A program made the position numbers and the translations under genes. Source: Solirubrobacteraceae bacterium (GTDB taxonomy: Bacteria > Actinomycetota > Thermoleophilia > Solirubrobacterales > Solirubrobacteraceae). From it: 64,000 nt of DNA. The notes under the pieces were generated by a model. The model searched no databases. It worked only from the letters and a program-made list of their open reading frames with translations, and was not told the DNA's origin. Positions 57,817 through 64,000 of this stretch are shown here, piece after piece. Each line of letters opens with the position of its first letter. Position 1 is the first letter of the stretch. The stretch lies in NCBI GenBank assembly GCA_035940195.1, contig DASZFC010000044.1:3267-67266 (forward strand), read 5' to 3'.

Positions 57817-58338
57817 GTGCCGGTGGCCAGCACGCTCACCAACACGCAGGGCATCATCGCGATCGCGGCGGTGGCGGTGGCGGTGCTGGCGCTGATGAGT
57901 TGCGTGGCGCTGATGCTCGCGATGCGGCGCCTGCGCCGGGCCCAGCGGATTGTGCTCGGGGAGCATCCTCAGCGTGACCTCGTGGCCCACTCCGCCGCGA
58001 TGCAGGAAGCGTTCGAGACACTGCGCGAGTACGTCGAGGATGCCGCCTCGCGCCTGGACGGGCGGCTCGCCGGAGCCGAGCTCGCCTTGCGCGGCGCGAT
58101 CGCCCACCGGGCGCTCGTGCGCTACGACGCCTACAACGAGCTGTCCGGGAAGCAGTCGATGTCGATCGCCCTGCTCGACGATCAGCAGTCGGGGATCGTC
58201 CTCTCCTGCATTCACCACCGCGATCAAGCACGCGTTTACGCCAAGCAGGTGCATGGCGGACAGGGAGAGCTCGAGCTCTCCCCCGAGGAGGCCGAGGCCG
58301 TGCGCCTCGCGGCGCTCTCCCCACCCGATGGCTCCTAA
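57817..58338 (+). CDS. DUF4446-family protein
   Basis: N-terminal TM, coiled coil, VRYDAY..SG.QS.SIALLD..G. Confidence 0.85.
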   Translation: MPVASTLTNTQGIIAIAAVAVAVLALMSCVALMLAMRRLRRAQRIVLGEHPQRDLVAHSAAMQEAFETLREYVEDAASRLDGRLAGAELALRGAIAHRALVRYDAYNELSGKQSMSIALLDDQQSGIVLSCIHHRDQARVYAKQVHGGQGELELSPEEAEAVRLAALSPPDGS

Positions 58339-59191
58339 GGCCGGCTACCTCGGCCCCGAGGGGACCTTCAGCGAGCAGGCGCTGCTCTCCAGCGCCGTCC
58401 CGGACTCCGTCGAGCCCGTACCGCAGGCGAGCATCTACGACACGATCATGGCACTCCGCCATGGGGACGTCGAGTTCGCACTTGTCCCGATCGAGAACTC
58501 GCTCGACGGCTCCATCAGCATCACGCTCGACCTGCTCGCCGATGAGGCGCCTGGCTTACAGATTGTGGGGGAGACCCTGCTCACTGTCTCCCACTGCCTG
58601 ATTGCGTCGCAGTTGGTCGGATTGGGAGACATAAATACGGTCATCTCCCATCCACAGGTCCCAGGACAATGCATGCGCTTCCTGCGCAACGAGCTCGCAC
58701 ACGCGGACATCCGTCCCGCCAGCTCGACCGCCCAGGCGGTCAGAGAAGTGGTGGCGAGCACCGGGCAGGGGCTTGCCGCGCTGGGCACGAGGCTCGCAGC
58801 AGACATTTACGGCGCCACGGTCATTCGCGACGGCGTGCAGGACCGGGACGACAACGAGACACGCTTCGTCTGGCTCTCGCGCTCAGAGGATCCCTCCCAG
58901 CCACCGCTGCACGCGAGCGAGCGCGGGCAATGGAAGACATCGCTCGTCTTCTGGGGCGCCGGAGCGGACAGTCCCGGCTGGCTGGTGCGCTGCCTGAACG
59001 AGCTCGCCCGGCGGGAGATCAACCTGACCAAGATCGAGTCCCGCCCCCGCCGCGAACGCCTCGGGCACTACATGTTCTTCGTGGACCTCGAGGGCAGCCT
59101 GCCAGACGAGCCGGGGGTTACCGGCGCCGTTGCAGGAATGCGCGAGATCTGCGAGGAGGTACGCGTGCTCGGGTCCTACCCCGCGGCCTAG
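58328..59191 (+). CDS. pheA: Prephenate dehydratase
   Basis: YLGPEGTFSEQA, VPIENS, NETRF, NLTKIESRP. Confidence 0.96.
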   Translation: MAPKAGYLGPEGTFSEQALLSSAVPDSVEPVPQASIYDTIMALRHGDVEFALVPIENSLDGSISITLDLLADEAPGLQIVGETLLTVSHCLIASQLVGLGDINTVISHPQVPGQCMRFLRNELAHADIRPASSTAQAVREVVASTGQGLAALGTRLAADIYGATVIRDGVQDRDDNETRFVWLSRSEDPSQPPLHASERGQWKTSLVFWGAGADSPGWLVRCLNELARREINLTKIESRPRRERLGHYMFFVDLEGSLPDEPGVTGAVAGMREICEEVRVLGSYPAA

Positions 59192-59221
59192 GCTGGGCGG
59201 GTCGATACACTCCGCCACGCA

Positions 59222-59800
59222 GTGGATGCCACCGTTCCACTTCTAACGCGTAGTAGACCCGTGTCGGCACCCGAATACCGGCGACGCGGTCCTGACAGTG
59301 GCCGGGTGCTCGTCCTCAACGCGACGTATGAGCCGATCAACGTGTGCACGGTCCGGCGCGCGGTGGTGCTGTTACTGAAGGACAAGGCCGAGCTGCTCGA
59401 GCGAGGCGGCTGGGAGCTGCACTCCGAGAACGCGACGCTCGCGCGGCCGGTTGTGATCCGCCTCATCAGTTATGTCCATGTCCCCCGCGACGCCCACCGG
59501 CGCAAGATCACCCGCCGGGCTGTGTTTGCCCGGGATGGCTGGACATGCCAGTACTGCGGCTCGCACTCGAACCTCACGGTGGATCACGTGATTCCCCGCT
59601 CCAAGGGCGGATCCTCGAGCTGGGAGAACATCGTCGCCTCCTGCGCCCCTTGCAACCGGCGCAAGGGCGACCGGCTTCCCAAGCAGGCGGGGATGCACCC
59701 GCGGCACGCCCCGCGTACGCCCCGCGCGGAGATCTTTATCCACGTTGCCAGCCCGACGATCCCGACGGCGTGGCTCCAATATCTGCCGCAGGCCGCATAA
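59222..59800 (+). CDS. HNH endonuclease (McrA-like, HNH_5 type)
   Basis: VLVLNATYEP, RDGWTCQYCG, TVDHVIPRSKGG..WEN..C..CN..K. Confidence 0.92.
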   Translation: MDATVPLLTRSRPVSAPEYRRRGPDSGRVLVLNATYEPINVCTVRRAVVLLLKDKAELLERGGWELHSENATLARPVVIRLISYVHVPRDAHRRKITRRAVFARDGWTCQYCGSHSNLTVDHVIPRSKGGSSSWENIVASCAPCNRRKGDRLPKQAGMHPRHAPRTPRAEIFIHVASPTIPTAWLQYLPQAA

Positions 59801-59803
59801 GCA

Positions 59804-59836
59804 GCGGAGGGCGCCTGGGGTACAGGCGCCCTCCGC
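59804..59836. terminator. 14-bp perfect hairpin, likely terminator between convergent units
   Basis: GCGGAGGGCGCCTG-GGGTA-CAGGCGCCCTCCGC. Confidence 0.78.
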
Positions 59837-59999
59837 ACAGCTGCCCTGACTGGACGGCCGAGACGGCCAAAAACGTCTGCCGGGGGGACCAGAACCGGCG
59901 ACCGTCTCGGGGTGTCCCGGTTGGATTCCGCTAAGCGGTCCAGCCTTTGGTCTATCCCGAAAGGACGTGCAGTCCTCGAGGGCTAGACCTTGCTCCGAC

Positions 60000-60044
60000 C
60001 TAGCGGCCGGTCACCTCCAGAGTCCCGCAAAAACTGTCAGCCAA
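60000..60044 (-). CDS. 14-aa micro-ORF MADSFCGTLEVTGR
   Basis: TTG..TAG directly downstream of AGAAAGGAGGTGGTCC. Confidence 0.5.
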   Translation of the reverse strand: MADSFCGTLEVTGR

Positions 60045-60076
60045 CGTTAGGACCACCTCCTTTCTCTGGTCTGGCC

Positions 60077-60106
60077 AGAGTAGCGGACGGGGGTGACGCT
60101 CAGCAA
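60077..60106 (-). promoter_or_regulatory. Housekeeping sigma promoter candidate
   Basis: TTGCTG-N18-TACTCT on the minus strand, just downstream of the gyrA stop. Confidence 0.6.
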
Positions 60107-60119
60107 GTGCTTGGGAGCA

Positions 60120-62684
60120 CTACTCCTCTTCGGTTACGGCGGTGTCATTCTCATCCACGACAGGCGCTCCGCTTGAAAGCCCGTCCGCCTCAGATGAGCC
60201 CGTGAGCTCGTCGCCCTGCTCGACGGCCTCCACGACCAGCGCGACCGCGCTGGCGAGGTCTTCGTCCTTGAGATTCATCAGGCGCACACCCGTCGCCGAG
60301 CGGCCCTGCTGGGAGATTCCGCCGGCCGAAGTCCGCTGCACCATGCCGCCGACGCTGATGAACACGAGCTCCTGGTGCTCGCGCACGACGAGCGCGCCGG
60401 CCAGGCCGCCCTTTTTCTCGGTCAGGCCGATCGTCTTGACGCCTTTGGCGCCGCGATTGGTCTTGCGGTACTGGCTAATCTGCGTCCGCTTGCCATAGCC
60501 GTTCTCTGTGAGGACCAGTAGGTCCATGTCGTCGCGGGCCACGTCCATCGCGATGACCTCGTTGGGGTGGGCGGGATCTCGATCACCGACGTCCATCCCG
60601 CGTACGCCGGTCGTGTCGCGGCCCATCGCGCGGGCATCGGACTCGGCGAAGCGCACGGTAAGACCGGCCTTGGAGACCATGATGATCTCGTCGTTCGGGT
60701 CCACAGCGCGCACCGCCAAGAGCTCGTCGTCGTCGCGGATCTTGATCGCGATGATGCCATCGGCTTTGATCGGCGTGTTGTAGGCGAGGAACTCGGTCTT
60801 CTTGACCGTGCCCGACTTTGTCGCGAACACGAGGTACTTGGTCTCTGTGAAGTCGCGTGTGGAGACGACCGCCTGGATCCGCTCGCCTTCGCGCAGCGGC
60901 AGGATGTTCACCAGCGCACGGCCCTTGGCGGTGCGCGAGGCCTCGGGCAGCTCATACACCTTCGATCGGTAGACCTTGCCGCGATTGGAGAAGAACAGCA
61001 GGTAGTCGTGCGAGGAGCAGACGAACAGGTGCTCGATGAAGTCGCCGTCCTTCATGTCCATCCCCGTCACTCCGCGCCCGCCGCGCTGCTGCTGGCGATA
61101 CGTGGCCAGCGGCAGCGACTTGACATAACCGCTCTGTGTGATCGTGATCACCATCTGCTGGTCGGCGATCAGATCCTCGATGTCGATCTCGTCCTCGGAG
61201 TGGCTGATCTCGGTCCGCCGCTCGTCGCCGAAGCGCTCTCTGATCTCCGCAAGCTCCTCCTTGATCACGGCGAGCACGCGCGTCTCGTCGCCGAGGATTG
61301 CGCGCAGCTCGGCGATCCGCTCGGTCACGTCGGCGTGCTCCTGTTTGATGCTGTCCGCCTCCAGCGCCGTCAGCTGCGACAGGCGCAGATCGAGGATCGC
61401 TGTGGCCTGGATGTGGCTGAGCTCGAAGCGCTCGACGAGCTGCTCGCGAGCGGCGTCGCGATCGCGCGAGGCGCGGATCAGTTCGATGATCGCGTCGAGG
61501 TGCTCGAGCGCGATAAGCAGCCCTTGCAGGATGTGTGCCCGCGCCTCCTTTTCTGAGAGCTCGTGCTTGGTGCGCCGGACGATCACCTCGCGCTGGTGGG
61601 CGACGTAGTTGTGGATCACCGCACGCAGGTTGAGCGTGCGCGGCACGTTGTCGACGAGCGCGACCATGTTCACGCCAAACGTGCTCTGCATCGGCGTGTG
61701 CTTGTAGAGCTTGTTCAGCACGACCTTGGGGATCGCGTCGCGCTTGAGCTCGATTACCAGGCGCATGCCGCGCTTGTCAGACTCGTCGCGCAGGTCGGAG
61801 ATCTCGGAGATTCGTTTCTCGTGCACCAGATCGGCGATCTTCGAGATCAGCCCGCCGTCGCCGCCCTTCTTGACCATGAACGGCAGCTCGGTGACGACGA
61901 TCGCCTCCTTGCCCTGCTTGAGCGGCTCGATGTGTGCGCGCGCCTGGATACGCACACGGCCACGGCCCGTCTCATACGCGTCCCTGATCCCGCCGTGCCC
62001 GAGGATGATCCCGCCCGTAGGGAAGTCAGGTCCCTTGACGTGTGCCATCAGACCGTCGAGGTCGACGTCGCGATCATCGATGTAGGCGATCGTGGCGCCG
62101 ATCACCTCGCGCAGGTTGTGCGGCGGAATGTTCGTGGCCATGCCCACGGCGATGCCCGATGACCCGTTGACGAGCAGGTTCGGGAAGCGTGCCGGCAGCA
62201 CGAGCGGTTCGCGCCGGGAGCCATCGTAATTGGGCGCGAAGTCGACCGTGTCCATGTCCAGATCACGCAGCATCTCGGTCGCGATGCGGGCCAGGCGAGC
62301 CTCTGTGTAGCGCATCGCGGCGGCTGGGTCGTCGTCGACGGAGCCGAAGTTGCCTTGCCCGTCGACCAGCTCGTTACGCATTGAGAACTCCTGCGCCATG
62401 CGCACGAGCGCGTCGTAGATCGCCGAGTCGCCGTGGGGGTGATAGTTGCCCATCACCTCGCCGACGATCTTTGCGCACTTGGCGTAAGAGCGGGTCGGGC
62501 CAAGCCCGAGCTCGTTCATCGCGTAGAGCACGCGGCGGTGGACCGGCTTCAGGCCATCGCGCACGTCCGGCAGCGCGCGGCCGACGATCACGCTCATCGC
62601 GTAGTCGAGATAGGCCGTGCGCATCTCCTCCTCGAGCGCGCGCGGTTCGACGTTGCCGCCGCCTATGACGTCAGTGGCTGCCAT
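60120..62684 (-). CDS. gyrA: DNA gyrase subunit A
   Basis: [15 protein letters not shown], GyrA-box QQRGGRG, beta-pinwheel CTD. Confidence 0.98.
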   Translation of the reverse strand: MAATDVIGGGNVEPRALEEEMRTAYLDYAMSVIVGRALPDVRDGLKPVHRRVLYAMNELGLGPTRSYAKCAKIVGEVMGNYHPHGDSAIYDALVRMAQEFSMRNELVDGQGNFGSVDDDPAAAMRYTEARLARIATEMLRDLDMDTVDFAPNYDGSRREPLVLPARFPNLLVNGSSGIAVGMATNIPPHNLREVIGATIAYIDDRDVDLDGLMAHVKGPDFPTGGIILGHGGIRDAYETGRGRVRIQARAHIEPLKQGKEAIVVTELPFMVKKGGDGGLISKIADLVHEKRISEISDLRDESDKRGMRLVIELKRDAIPKVVLNKLYKHTPMQSTFGVNMVALVDNVPRTLNLRAVIHNYVAHQREVIVRRTKHELSEKEARAHILQGLLIALEHLDAIIELIRASRDRDAAREQLVERFELSHIQATAILDLRLSQLTALEADSIKQEHADVTERIAELRAILGDETRVLAVIKEELAEIRERFGDERRTEISHSEDEIDIEDLIADQQMVITITQSGYVKSLPLATYRQQQRGGRGVTGMDMKDGDFIEHLFVCSSHDYLLFFSNRGKVYRSKVYELPEASRTAKGRALVNILPLREGERIQAVVSTRDFTETKYLVFATKSGTVKKTEFLAYNTPIKADGIIAIKIRDDDELLAVRAVDPNDEIIMVSKAGLTVRFAESDARAMGRDTTGVRGMDVGDRDPAHPNEVIAMDVARDDMDLLVLTENGYGKRTQISQYRKTNRGAKGVKTIGLTEKKGGLAGALVVREHQELVFISVGGMVQRTSAGGISQQGRSATGVRLMNLKDEDLASAVALVVEAVEQGDELTGSSEADGLSSGAPVVDENDTAVTEEE

Positions 62685-62748
62685 CGCTCACCTCCTCGCC
62701 ATGTGTGACGCCAGCGACCGGGGACGTAGAGATGCGAAGGCCATGGCG

Positions 62749-64000
<1,252 letters not shown>

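Larger units (their letters stand above)
59804..60071 (-). ncRNA. Candidate structured small RNA / micropeptide mRNA
   Basis: Own promoter, extended SD, several nested stems and a terminal hairpin (see findings). Confidence 0.62.

Noticed and set aside
60050-60065. 16S rRNA 3'-end fragment on the + strand
   Set aside because: Only 16 nt match and the flanks are not rRNA. It is better explained as an extended SD on the minus strand.
59222-60071. HNH plus structured RNA as an RNA-guided nuclease (IscB/HEARO-like) system
   Set aside because: The HNH is the short housekeeping-type protein with no RuvC or PLMP motifs, and the RNA is convergent with its own promoter and SD. A functional link is unsupported, though not excluded.

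Overview
High-GC actinobacterial chromosome segment, most consistent with Thermoleophilia/Solirubrobacterales (inferred from gene content and family signatures, no database search run). The right end is core, origin-proximal DNA: gyrB (partial)-gyrA, HNH, pheA, and the fhaA-fhaB-pstP-pbpA-pknB-ddl cell-wall signalling operon. That operon lacks rodA here and has two extra Hanks kinases. The middle (about 28-46 kb) is a surface-glycan locus (PglF-like dehydratase, PglC-like transferase, GT2/GT4, flippase, O-antigen ligase-like, LytR_C, DedA/UppP) that also carries phosphosulfolactate synthase ComA, an ATP-grasp enzyme and a GAF/HD-GYP protein. The left part is accessory and stress metabolism: PadR, SDR, a frameshifted MFS, USP, GST, GNAT, two tRNA-Ala, TetR/DUF2867, an ECF sigma pair, Ku, DUF3556 plus oxidoreductase, and a CADD-like enzyme next to a cupredoxin. 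Two candidates stand out as possibly undescribed. (1) A 1087-aa protein made almost entirely of 30 complete 34-aa Trp-rich helical repeats with hypervariable positions (5922-9185). (2) A roughly 270-nt self-contained structured transcript downstream of gyrA (about 59804-60071, minus strand), with a 16-nt near-perfect complement of the 16S rRNA 3' end, a 14-codon micro-ORF, alternative long-range pairings and a terminal hairpin. No CRISPR array, integrase or transposase was seen.
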